Of a stretch of DNA of 64,000 nucleotides, positions 53,887 to 62,805 are shown piece after piece. The notes below the pieces were generated by a model. That model was not told the DNA's origin and made no database searches. It was given only the letters and a program-made list of their open reading frames with translations. Each line of letters begins with the position of its first letter. The stretch's first letter is position 1. A program made the position numbers and the translations under genes. Source of the stretch: an uncultured Nitrospiraceae bacterium (lineage in GTDB: Bacteria; Nitrospirota; Nitrospiria; Nitrospirales; Nitrospiraceae); the NCBI GenBank assembly GCA_963730935.1, contig CAVSTP010000004.1:1120001-1184000 (forward strand). The letters run 5' to 3'.

Positions 53887-54429
53887 AGCTTCGCCCTCTC
53901 AGTCCCATCAGGACTTTCCCAAGTTTAGTTAGGGATCATGGAACACCTTGCTCACTTAGAGGATTAGAAACATAAAGAAATTTTCCGGTCACTGCATCGG
54001 ATGATTGTGTTTGGCTACCATTGTATGGTTTCTGCCCCTCAAAGGAGGTACTCACGTGTCTGTCGGCTGGTTTGTCGAACTGATACCGTTTTGACCGTAG
54101 CATCATAACAGGGTATTTCATAAGCAAAAGGGCATATTCTACTCGATCCCACCTGTTTGAATCTTCCGTCGACTGACATTCTGCTCAAATCGGGACATTT
54201 CAAGGTAAGGCACATTAGTGCTAAGTTATTTTACTTGGTCGAGCGGTCCACTATCTTTTTTTGACTCCTCATTTCTCGTCAGATGATATAGGGTATTAGC
54301 CGAAGTATCTACACGGGTAAACACGTTATTCGGTACCCCTTGCCCAATTAGCTCAAATATGCCTATGAAGTCTGCTATGAGTACACAATTGAGCGGGCGT
54401 GTGGGACAGGATATGTATGAGGAACCTTC
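53887..54429. promoter_or_regulatory. Divergent control region between the antiterminator-led operon and the LuxR regulator
   Basis: 543 bp, relatively AT-rich, no credible ORF; two small hairpins at 53901-53935. Confidence 0.6.
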
Positions 54430-55119
54430 ATGGTAAATATCTTCATCGTCGGTGACAGCCATATTACACGGTCTGGCCTGCGAAGAATTCTTGAAACTCA
54501 GACGGCTATTCGTGTTCTCGGTGAAGTCAGCGTTAGGCGAGCCAGTGCAGAGACCGTTCTTCGCCACCATCCTGATGTCGTTCTTGTCGACCTTGATCCT
54601 CAAGGTGCCGATGTCCTGGGCCTCATCGGCAAATTACTCGAAGCGACAGATGGCGCAGCCATATTAGTACTGAGTGATCTCACTGAACATGAGCTGGCTC
54701 GCAAAGCGCTGAGGCTTGGTGCGTCCGGGATTGTGCTCAAGATGCAACCACCAGCCGTGCTGATGGCAGCAATCCGGGAACTGTGTCCGACGCATCGCGA
54801 TGATTCAACACCAAGGATTGGTGCAACGAAGGATCTGCACATTGCAAAAGACCGTAAAATGCTCCAGCTCTCCGACGACACAAAAGACCTGAACAAGGTA
54901 AATAGCTTGACTGCCCGCGAGCGAGAGATCATCTGGCTGATCGGGCTGGGATTAAAGAATAAGGATATTGCGAATCGGCTTTCTATCAGCGACATCACTG
55001 TTCGTCACCATCTCACGAGTATCTTCTGTAAGCTTGAGGTTGAGAATCGCCAGAAATTGCTCATTCTCGCCCACCGTTATGGACTTGCGGATCTTTCAGT
55101 GGGCTCCGAACCTGCCTGA
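54430..55119 (+). CDS. NarL/LuxR-family response regulator
   Basis: Receiver 'PDVVLVDLD'; HTH 'LTAREREII.LI..GLKNKDIA..LSIS..TVRHHL..IF.KL'. Confidence 0.92.
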   Translation: MVNIFIVGDSHITRSGLRRILETQTAIRVLGEVSVRRASAETVLRHHPDVVLVDLDPQGADVLGLIGKLLEATDGAAILVLSDLTEHELARKALRLGASGIVLKMQPPAVLMAAIRELCPTHRDDSTPRIGATKDLHIAKDRKMLQLSDDTKDLNKVNSLTAREREIIWLIGLGLKNKDIANRLSISDITVRHHLTSIFCKLEVENRQKLLILAHRYGLADLSVGSEPA

Positions 55120-55267
55120 ACCGCTTGTAACGCCTGTTTCTTCATGCCGCCTTCTCACTCTTAGAAGAGCATGGAAGTGCTCGGCTCGCTTACTGACTCA
55201 TGAACCTCTAAGCGATAGTTGTGCGCAGCCTTGCTCCAGAATTGTTCGCGCAAGCCGACTCGTCCGC

Positions 55268-55400
55268 TTATCGCCGTGCTAACAGGAAGTTTTCAATATC
55301 GACGGCGATCTGTTCGGCCTTCAATCGATGGGCTTGAGAATTGAGGCGAGAATCTACCCGAGAGATCAATGAAGATGTATTTCCCTTACCGAGCGACCTG
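55268..55400 (-). pseudogene. Possible relic of an SGNH-hydrolase C-terminus
   Basis: 'DSRLNSQAHRLKAEQIA' resembles the D-x-H-x-N-x-x-G-H-x-L-x-A terminal block. Confidence 0.25.
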
Positions 55401-55485
55401 CACCGAGTAGTAATTCGATCACTTATGTGTCTTGGGGATGATACCGTTATCTGTGAGGGTAACCGGTATCCGCACACTCGTCGGC

Positions 55486-56859
55486 CTAATGGAATCGGTC
55501 CGGCAAACCAACGATGACGCATTGAGCAATCAGATCCTCCATCTCTGTTGTGCGTTTTCGAGACGACAAGTCCTTCAGAATCCGAGAAGAAATGGATACG
55601 CTTTCCGGTTCATACTTCCTACAGTCGCCATCTTCTTGCTGATACCAGCTGGAGGGGAAGGTGTGGCGGTAGACGGTGTCGCCGGAGCCATTTCGGTCAT
55701 TAGTCGAAGGCTTGTACAAGGGATTGATCCCAAGCATCCCTTGAGCATGTGGCCAGTCTGCGAACGGCCCTCGATCAACCAGGAGCTCCTCGCGATTTGT
55801 TGCGACGATCGAAAACCAGGGCGCCTGCTCAATGCTCTGCCTTTCGCTTGACCGTGCGAGCGCAGGCCCGCACTTCTTGATGTACCGGTCGATTACTTCA
55901 GTATTGTTGATCAATCGATGTGGCAAGGGATCAAATAGCTTCCCATACGCGTGATAGGGCACGATCATGGCTATCGGATACTTCTCTGGTTCGACCAATC
56001 CATTGCGAATGCCTGGGATGACAATGAGTCCCTCCCTGTCGACGACTCGTCGGAGTTCCCTGGTGCACACCACCTTGTTAGGCACCATAAAAAGCGTGTC
56101 AGATGAGTAGACAGTTGAAAAGAACCCACTCCTGAACGGCAACGAAGTATTACCGTCGCAGCACACGTATAACGCATCTGGCGCCAGAAAATTCTTGGCG
56201 ATATACACACGCACGAAATCCAGATCAACGCCGATGATAGGTTGAGGCCCTACTCTTCGGACTAAATGACAAGTGAGATGACCGAATCCACAGCCGAAAT
56301 CCAACACCGGTCCTCGAGGAGACTCGATGACGGTCATCAAAGACAAAGACACTAACTGGCGAGGCTGACCGAAACGATGCATCATGGCATGGTAATCTTT
56401 GCTCTGGTCCCTCATCCCAAAGCACATATTTAAATATTCCGCGGCTGTTTTTCTTTCTGGTCCCGCCGCGAGGAACTCTCGTCGAGACTTGGCCCAAGTA
56501 GACATTGCGACCTTCCCGAAGAGATTCCTGATTCTGCCCATTCCCTTGATCTTAGGAAAATGCTGTGACCATGCCGGCGCCAATTCCTCAAGAGCGGGTG
56601 CAGGAGGCATAGTCACTGCAAGCAGTGCATCCTGATGCCTTCCCGATATGATGAGCTCGCTGACAGTTCGGGTGGTCTCACCGCTGTTGCCGATGATCCC
56701 CTTTCGAATAATGGGGATTCCCGCCACAACAGGGTATTTCTCACAATAGCAGCTCAACACCGCATACTGGCAATCATCCGGCTTTCCCTCGACTGAGCTG
56801 ACGGTAAATTCTCCAGAGCAAAACGGGCAAGACAGTGCATCTAAGAGAAACTTGTTCAT
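55486..56859 (-). CDS. Class I SAM methyltransferase with an N-terminal Cys-rich Trm112-like module, copy 1
   Basis: 'LSCPFC...LSCYCEKYPVVAGIP', 'VLDFGCGFGH'. Confidence 0.82.
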   Translation of the reverse strand: MNKFLLDALSCPFCSGEFTVSSVEGKPDDCQYAVLSCYCEKYPVVAGIPIIRKGIIGNSGETTRTVSELIISGRHQDALLAVTMPPAPALEELAPAWSQHFPKIKGMGRIRNLFGKVAMSTWAKSRREFLAAGPERKTAAEYLNMCFGMRDQSKDYHAMMHRFGQPRQLVSLSLMTVIESPRGPVLDFGCGFGHLTCHLVRRVGPQPIIGVDLDFVRVYIAKNFLAPDALYVCCDGNTSLPFRSGFFSTVYSSDTLFMVPNKVVCTRELRRVVDREGLIVIPGIRNGLVEPEKYPIAMIVPYHAYGKLFDPLPHRLINNTEVIDRYIKKCGPALARSSERQSIEQAPWFSIVATNREELLVDRGPFADWPHAQGMLGINPLYKPSTNDRNGSGDTVYRHTFPSSWYQQEDGDCRKYEPESVSISSRILKDLSSRKRTTEMEDLIAQCVIVGLPDRFH

Positions 56860-56965
56860 GGTGATCGCCTCCGGATAACCCTGGATTACTATTTACCCTT
56901 CATCGAGGGAAGGGAGGTCAGTTCTACCTGGTTTGTTTGGGACCCTTTTCCCAATTCTATGATAT

Positions 56966-57180
56966 GGGCAGGAACTGTGCAAGTTCGTGGCAGAAATCGT
57001 TCCGTGTGTTTCCCGCAACTGCCCTTCGCCTAACTATAGGAGGAACCTTGAAAATTTCTGACATGGCCAGGAAGATTCGAGATCTTCAATCCGATGCAGG
57101 GCGGCCTGGTCCTACGGCACAAGCTTTCCGTTCGTGTATGCCATCTCAGGCCGTTGTAGTTGGGCCACAGTTTCCTGCCC
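56966..57180. repeat. Imperfect inverted repeat enclosing about 185 bp
   Basis: GGGCAGGAACTGTG (56966-56979) versus CACAGTTTCCTGCCC (57166-57180); one indel. Confidence 0.35.
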
Positions 57181-57198
57181 CTTAATAATCTATTTCAC

Positions 57199-57483
57199 TC
57201 AGATTCTATCGATCACTCTTTGTCGCACGGACAAGTCTGCGAGAGTGCCGATGTCGATATGACTGCCATCGGGAAACGGCACGAATTCGACCGGCATTCT
57301 GCTCTCTACAGCCGCTCGGAACACTGCGCCAACCGGCACATCTCCTTGTGCGTCAATTCGGAGGTCTGCGCAGAAATTATTCTTATCGGATCTCATGAAT
57401 TCATGCAGAAAGCGAGTAAATTCCGGATTCCAGACCGCGCTAGCCCAGGCATACTCCAGCTGAGTCGTTTCGGGCTTGAGCAC
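57199..57483 (-). pseudogene. C-terminal fragment of a sugar-phosphate nucleotidyltransferase
   Basis: 'KP...AW..AVW.P.FT.FLH...VG.VF.AA......F.DG..IDIGT..DL'; no N-terminal nucleotide-binding motif. Confidence 0.65.
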
Positions 57484-57495
57484 GACTGGCTGAAC

Positions 57496-57668
57496 ACGGC
57501 GGTGAGTGCGAGATCACAAGGCTCATCGGACATGGATTGAAAAATAAGGAATTCGCCAATCGCCTTTCCATCAGCGACATCACTGTTCGTCACCATCTCC
57601 AGAAATTGCTTATACTAGCGCACCGATATGGCCTCGCAGATCTTTCAGTTAGCACGGAAACGACCTGA
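57496..57668 (+). pseudogene. 3' remnant of a second LuxR regulator
   Basis: Reads 'EITRLIGHGLKNKEFANRLSISDITVRHHL|QKLLILAHRYGLADLSV', matching the end of 54430-55119 with 12 codons deleted. Confidence 0.88.
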
Positions 57669-57814
57669 GTCACCCAACCTCCTTCTCAGCCGTTACCCTG
57701 AGCGAGAACTGCAATTTGCGCTGCTGACTCCTGCCTTTGGGAGAGAGAGCGCGCGCGCTGCCATGTTGGGTAGAGATGCAATTGAAGACTTTGGGGACCT
57801 ATCGACGTCGCCTC

Positions 57815-59192
57815 CTAATGAAAGCGGTCTGGAATCCCCACAATGACACATCGAGCAATCAAATCCTCCATGTCTGCCGTGCGCTTTCCAACAGACAAGT
57901 CATTTAGGACCTGAGAAGATATAGAAACCTTATCCGGTTCATACTTCCTACAGTCGCCATCTTCTTGCTCATACCAACTCGACGGGAAGGTGTGCCGGTA
58001 CAAGGTCTGCCCTGTCCCGTTCCTGTGATCCTCATCAGGCTTATATAATGGATTGAGCTCAAGCCGACCTTCCGCATGCGGCCAATCGGCAAGGGGGCCA
58101 CGATCAACTAGCAGTTCCTCGCGCTTGGTTGCGACAATCGAAACCCATGGATCGTTGTCAAGAACGTGCTTCGCGCTTGAGCGCGATATGGCCGGCCCGC
58201 ACTTCTTCACGTATTGGTCCAGCACATCACCGCTGGAAAGAATACGATGAGGCACATCATCGAAGAATCGTGTATAGCAATAATGTGGTAACGCCATGTT
58301 TATTGGGATATTTGTCAGGGTCGACCAATCCATTTCGTATCCCTGCGACTATAAGCAATCCATCGCTGTCCACTACGCGCTTAAGTTCCTTCGTACAAAG
58401 GGCCTTGCTGGTCACCATAAAAAGCGTGTCAGATGTGTACGCTACAGAGAAAAATTCATTAGAAAAAGGCAACGGAGCATCGCCGTCAGTGCAAATATAG
58501 AGAGCATCAGGCGCCAAAAAGTTTTTGGCCACGTAGAGCCTTATAAATTCTCGGTCAGCTCCGATTATCGGTTGGTGGCCGACTCTGAGCGGTAGATGTC
58601 GCGTCAGATGACCAAACCCGCATCCGAAATCCAGCACTGGCTTGCGAGGAGAGTCGATTAATGTCATCAACGACAAGGCGACGAGGTGGCGCGGCTGACC
58701 AAAACGATTGACGAAATAACTGTATTCTGTTTGCTTTAACTCGGAGTGTAGAAAATGAAAATCGAAGTAATCTTTTGCTGTTCTCCCCTGCGGACCTGCT
58801 GTAAGGAAGTCCTCTGCATGCTTTCTCCAACGAGGGATTGCAAACCTTCCTGCTACACTTCTGATTCTGCCCATTCCTCTGAGCTGTGGAAGCCGTTGTA
58901 GCCATTTCGGTGCCAAATTTGCAGTTGCTGGATCTTTCGGCACAGCCATTGCCAGTAAAGCGTCTTCGTTCCTCCCCGCTTCGATGAGGTAGCTCACGGC
59001 GCGTGCAGTTTCACCTCTGCTCCCAACGACACCCTTGCGGATAATGGGAATGCCGGCAACCACCGGATAACGCTCGCAGTAGCAACTCAATACGGCATAT
59101 TCCCAATGGTGCAAATGGGCGTCACCCTTGGTAACAATCAGTCTTTTGAGGCAAAAGGGACAGTGCAGAGCGTCTAAGAGATACTTGTCCAT
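57815..59192 (-). pseudogene. Class I SAM methyltransferase with a Cys-rich N-terminus, copy 2, one frameshift
   Basis: Collinear with 55486-56859; one extra base near 58306 splits 'KYPINMALP'. Confidence 0.85.
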
Positions 59193-59216
59193 TTGATCTT
59201 CTCGAGTGGAGCTATC

Positions 59217-60176
59217 CTACCGTTGAGCTCTCACTGACGGAAGGGGAGTAAGATGTACCGAGGGATGGGGCTGCATACCTCGGACCACATCAAAATAGCG
59301 ACGTTGCAGCGTACTGAGGATGGGTGATTTTTCCGACAATGCCAAACCCTCAATCGTTGATACCAACGTCACCTCGTGAAGGGTTCCGCAGAGACCTATT
59401 TCATCAGCCACCAACAACTCAGTTCGGTCTATGGGGCGGCGCAGAAATCTGATACCCATGGATTGAGCCAGCAACTCCACAATATTGACGGAGATGCTTT
59501 CGAGTGCACCTTCCGTAGCCGGAGGTGTCACCACCGTTTCATCCCTAACCATAAGGAGACACGAAGCCGTTGCCTCCGCAACGCGACCCGACTGATTCAA
59601 GAGGACCATATCTTCGTAGCCCAATGGTCTGCCCTCGATTCTCGCAAGACGGGACACCTGGTAATTGCTGCCGGTTTTAATACGCGCAGGGAGTGCAACA
59701 TCACTGCTTCGGCGCCAGGTACTGACTCCAATCTTGATCGGTTCAGGCATTTTCTTTTCTTGATGAAAGGCAGTTAAAACCATATCTGAGATAGTGTTTT
59801 CTCCCCAATGGCCCTCAGTCACAAACAATGTCGAGCGCACCCACATGTCTCGGTCTGGGCTCGCGAGTGCCCCGACCAGTTGATCTACGGCGCTGAGATA
59901 CTCGTCAAAACTGTGCTGAAAGGGAATGTGCAACAGTCGAGCCGACCGCTTAAGACGCTCATAGTGTTGCCGGATCATGACGATCTTGAACTGCCCGTCA
60001 GTTTGCCAGTATCCCTTGAGCCCTTCAAAGACGTTTAGCCCTCTAGTCACAGCTTCACATCCAATATGGAGTGTAGCCTCTTCCCAGGAAACGAGCTTGC
60101 CATTCATATACGCACAAGATGGACGCTGCAGTTTTGCCACGGAATATCTCCTCTTGTATTTTTCAGATCGAGACAA
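59217..60176 (-). CDS. Class IV PLP-dependent aminotransferase (IlvE-like)
   Basis: 'VFEGLKGY', 'RLKRSA', 'RIKTGSNY', 'VAEAT', 'CGT'. True start may be the GTG near 60140. Confidence 0.85.
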   Translation of the reverse strand: MSRSEKYKRRYSVAKLQRPSCAYMNGKLVSWEEATLHIGCEAVTRGLNVFEGLKGYWQTDGQFKIVMIRQHYERLKRSARLLHIPFQHSFDEYLSAVDQLVGALASPDRDMWVRSTLFVTEGHWGENTISDMVLTAFHQEKKMPEPIKIGVSTWRRSSDVALPARIKTGSNYQVSRLARIEGRPLGYEDMVLLNQSGRVAEATASCLLMVRDETVVTPPATEGALESISVNIVELLAQSMGIRFLRRPIDRTELLVADEIGLCGTLHEVTLVSTIEGLALSEKSPILSTLQRRYFDVVRGMQPHPSVHLTPLPSVRAQR

Positions 60177-60188
60177 GGCTTCGCTTCG

Positions 60189-61523
60189 CTATGTACCTTG
60201 TCGAGCTTCTGAAAGTAATCCACAATCCAGTAAGCTTCTTGCCGCGCTTTCAACGTCGTCAAAAGACACGCCGGCGCGGGTTGCGATATCCAATAACGAA
60301 TGTCGTCCATCTGACAAATTTAGCACCCATAATAGGGCCAGTTCTTTGTTCTGCTTCTCCTGCTGGCCTGCAATCGTTCTATATAGGCCTCGTCGACCCA
60401 ACTGGGGCTCCCCCTTCGGATTCTGATTCAGATACCTGCGATTATGTTCCAGTACTTCAATCGCCGAAAGGCACACTTGATAAGATTCGCCCAATGACGC
60501 CGGTTTGACAAAGTCGAGATCATCTGCGGACGAGTGATATTCCGGATACTCTCCATGGGGAGTTCGCATCAAGCATCCAACCGGAAGATTGAAGCCTGGA
60601 GAGCAGTACTGTCTTTCGTCATATCCATACGGTGAGAAATCCCTAACTGAATATAGTGCCCCTACATGCTCTAGGACATGAAGCATGGCGCGGTCGATTT
60701 CAGCTTGACCGTGTCGGCTTCGCTTGTACGTGATGTTCCCCCCATCCCCAACTCCCGTAAGGACGAGGCCGTGCTTGATACGAGAAACCATGTGTTCATT
60801 TCTCGCCAACCATGTGATGGAGCCAATAGTGGCCGGAATGAAGAGAAACCGATAGGAATATCGCCTGGGTCGAGATGCCAGTGTCTCCGCCAGCATGACC
60901 GCCACCGCGATACCCGAAAGGTTATCGTTGCACAGAGACGGATGGCACACATGGCATGAGATGAGAATTTCATCAGGAATCTCCCCGGGCAGATAAGATT
61001 CGCCGTAGGTCAATGAGCCGGGTCGAAGGCTTGAATCAATGACAACGTCATATTCCCCGACAGACAATTTTTCTAGGTCCGCGTGTCTGAGGCAAAAGCC
61101 CCAGTTCTCTTTGTAATACGACGTGCGATACGGGATCCAGTCCGGATGGTCTGGCAGAGTAAATAGATGAGGCTTGAGATCGTCAAGGTGCATTTTCTTT
61201 CGAATAGGGATGCTGTAACTCACCACGTGCAAATTGTGAGTTTTGAAATCGACAACTCGAGTCCCCGCGCGGTCCGTGATATGGGCGTCTGACACGTTCC
61301 ACTCCAGCGGAACCGTCCAATCGAATACTTTCGTTCCGCTTGGAACCTCGTGCACATTGAGGGGAATGCGCTTTTGGATTGTTCGGAGTGTCTCTCTTAC
61401 CCCTTCACCGGTGATACTACGGTAGATTGGATAGAGCTCCCGCATGAAATCATGCATCGCTCTACCAAAGACATCGAATTCAACTTTACTATTTGGATGA
61501 TCGTAATGCATTGGTATTGGCAT
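60189..61523 (-). CDS. DUF4910 (peptidase M28-like with C-terminal HTH) protein
   Basis: 'RSITGEGVRETL', 'FDWTVP.EW', 'IPYRTSYY', 'HPSLCNDNLSG', 'YGYDERQYCSPGFNLP'. Confidence 0.9.
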   Translation of the reverse strand: MPIPMHYDHPNSKVEFDVFGRAMHDFMRELYPIYRSITGEGVRETLRTIQKRIPLNVHEVPSGTKVFDWTVPLEWNVSDAHITDRAGTRVVDFKTHNLHVVSYSIPIRKKMHLDDLKPHLFTLPDHPDWIPYRTSYYKENWGFCLRHADLEKLSVGEYDVVIDSSLRPGSLTYGESYLPGEIPDEILISCHVCHPSLCNDNLSGIAVAVMLAETLASRPRRYSYRFLFIPATIGSITWLARNEHMVSRIKHGLVLTGVGDGGNITYKRSRHGQAEIDRAMLHVLEHVGALYSVRDFSPYGYDERQYCSPGFNLPVGCLMRTPHGEYPEYHSSADDLDFVKPASLGESYQVCLSAIEVLEHNRRYLNQNPKGEPQLGRRGLYRTIAGQQEKQNKELALLWVLNLSDGRHSLLDIATRAGVSFDDVESAARSLLDCGLLSEARQGT

Positions 61524-61558
61524 TTCGTGCGACCGTCAGCATGCACGCGGCCTAAACA

Positions 61559-62794
61559 TCATGGGTACACTCTTACTGCAGGTATTGGGAGAACAAACTT
61601 CCCACCCCAATCGCGAACAAAAGCCATTTGTTGCATGATCTCGTCTCGAAGATTCCAAGGCATAATCAGCACATAGTCTGGACGGGTCAGACGAATGTGC
61701 TCGGGATCGTGTATAGGGATATGAACACCGGGGATGAAATGACCTTGTTTATGTGGACTTCGATCTACGATGTAATCGACAAAATCCGTCCTTACCCCAC
61801 AATAATTTAACAAGGTGCTGGCCTTCGCAGCCGCCCCATATGCCACGACTGATTTTCGACTTCGTTTCGCTTCAATCAGGAAGGACAACAACGCCCGCTT
61901 TGTCTCCGCAACTCCTTCGGAAAAGGAGAGATACGTCTCAATCCTAAGAAAACCATGCTCCTCTTCTCTCCTCTTGAGGTCGGCTAGACGTGCGCTTGGG
62001 GCCTTGGACTGGTCTTCCCTATGGCAAGCGTAGATCCTCAACGAACCTCCGTGTGTCGAAATTTCTTCAACATCGAATACAGCAAGTCCGTGTCTCGCAA
62101 AAACTTTTTCGACTGTGCTGAGCGAAAAATAGGAGAAGTGCTCATGATAGATGGTGTCGAACTGATTATCTGCCATGAGCCGCATAAGATGAGGAAATTC
62201 CATTGTGACGACGCTTCGAGGACCAAGCAGGATCTTAAGTCCTTGGACGAAATCATTGAGATCAGGCACGTGCGCCAATACGTTATTGCCAATTATGAGA
62301 TCAGGCTGTCTGCCATGCCCCACTAATTCCTGTGCTGTTTGGGAACCGAAAAACTTCACGAGTGTGGCGACGCCATTCTTGATAGCTACCTCCGCCACGT
62401 TTTTTGCCGGCTCAATACCCATCACCGGTATTCCTCGTGCGACAAAATTCTTCAACAGATACCCATCATTACTCGCAATCTCGACGACATAACTCTGAGT
62501 CCCTAACTTAAATCGGTCGACAACCATGTCCACATATGTTTTTGCGTGTCGCAGGAACATTTCCGAGTAGGAAGAAAAGTATGCGTAGTCTGAAAAGATT
62601 TGGTCAGGACTCTCAAATTGGTCGAGTTGAACCAGGAAACATTGGTCGCAAACATGTGCTCGAAGCGGATAGAACGGCTCCATTTGACTAAGCTGGTAAG
62701 ATTTTAGGTAGGAATTGGCCATTGGCGACATGCCGAGATCGATGAAAACATGCTGCAAGACCCTTCCACAAAATCGGCAGCCCCCACTGTCCAT
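61559..62794 (-). CDS. NDP-sugar C-methyltransferase-like SAM enzyme with N-terminal zinc site
   Basis: 'CRFC', 'CDQCFLVQ', 'EIASNDGYLL', 'FDTIYHEHFSY', 'HGGSLR', 'YGAAAK'. Confidence 0.88.
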   Translation of the reverse strand: MDSGGCRFCGRVLQHVFIDLGMSPMANSYLKSYQLSQMEPFYPLRAHVCDQCFLVQLDQFESPDQIFSDYAYFSSYSEMFLRHAKTYVDMVVDRFKLGTQSYVVEIASNDGYLLKNFVARGIPVMGIEPAKNVAEVAIKNGVATLVKFFGSQTAQELVGHGRQPDLIIGNNVLAHVPDLNDFVQGLKILLGPRSVVTMEFPHLMRLMADNQFDTIYHEHFSYFSLSTVEKVFARHGLAVFDVEEISTHGGSLRIYACHREDQSKAPSARLADLKRREEEHGFLRIETYLSFSEGVAETKRALLSFLIEAKRSRKSVVAYGAAAKASTLLNYCGVRTDFVDYIVDRSPHKQGHFIPGVHIPIHDPEHIRLTRPDYVLIMPWNLRDEIMQQMAFVRDWGGKFVLPIPAVRVYP

Positions 62795-62805
62795 ATCATT
62801 CTCCC

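Noticed and set aside
53895..53935. Hammerhead ribozyme or c-di-GMP riboswitch in the leader
   Set aside because: The minus strand reads CTGATGG, not CTGANGA, and riboswitch core motifs were not found.
54207..54224. Sigma54-like GGCAC...TGC site
   Set aside because: GG-to-GC spacing is 9 nt rather than 10; only a short GCAC-ATTA-GTGC palindrome remains.
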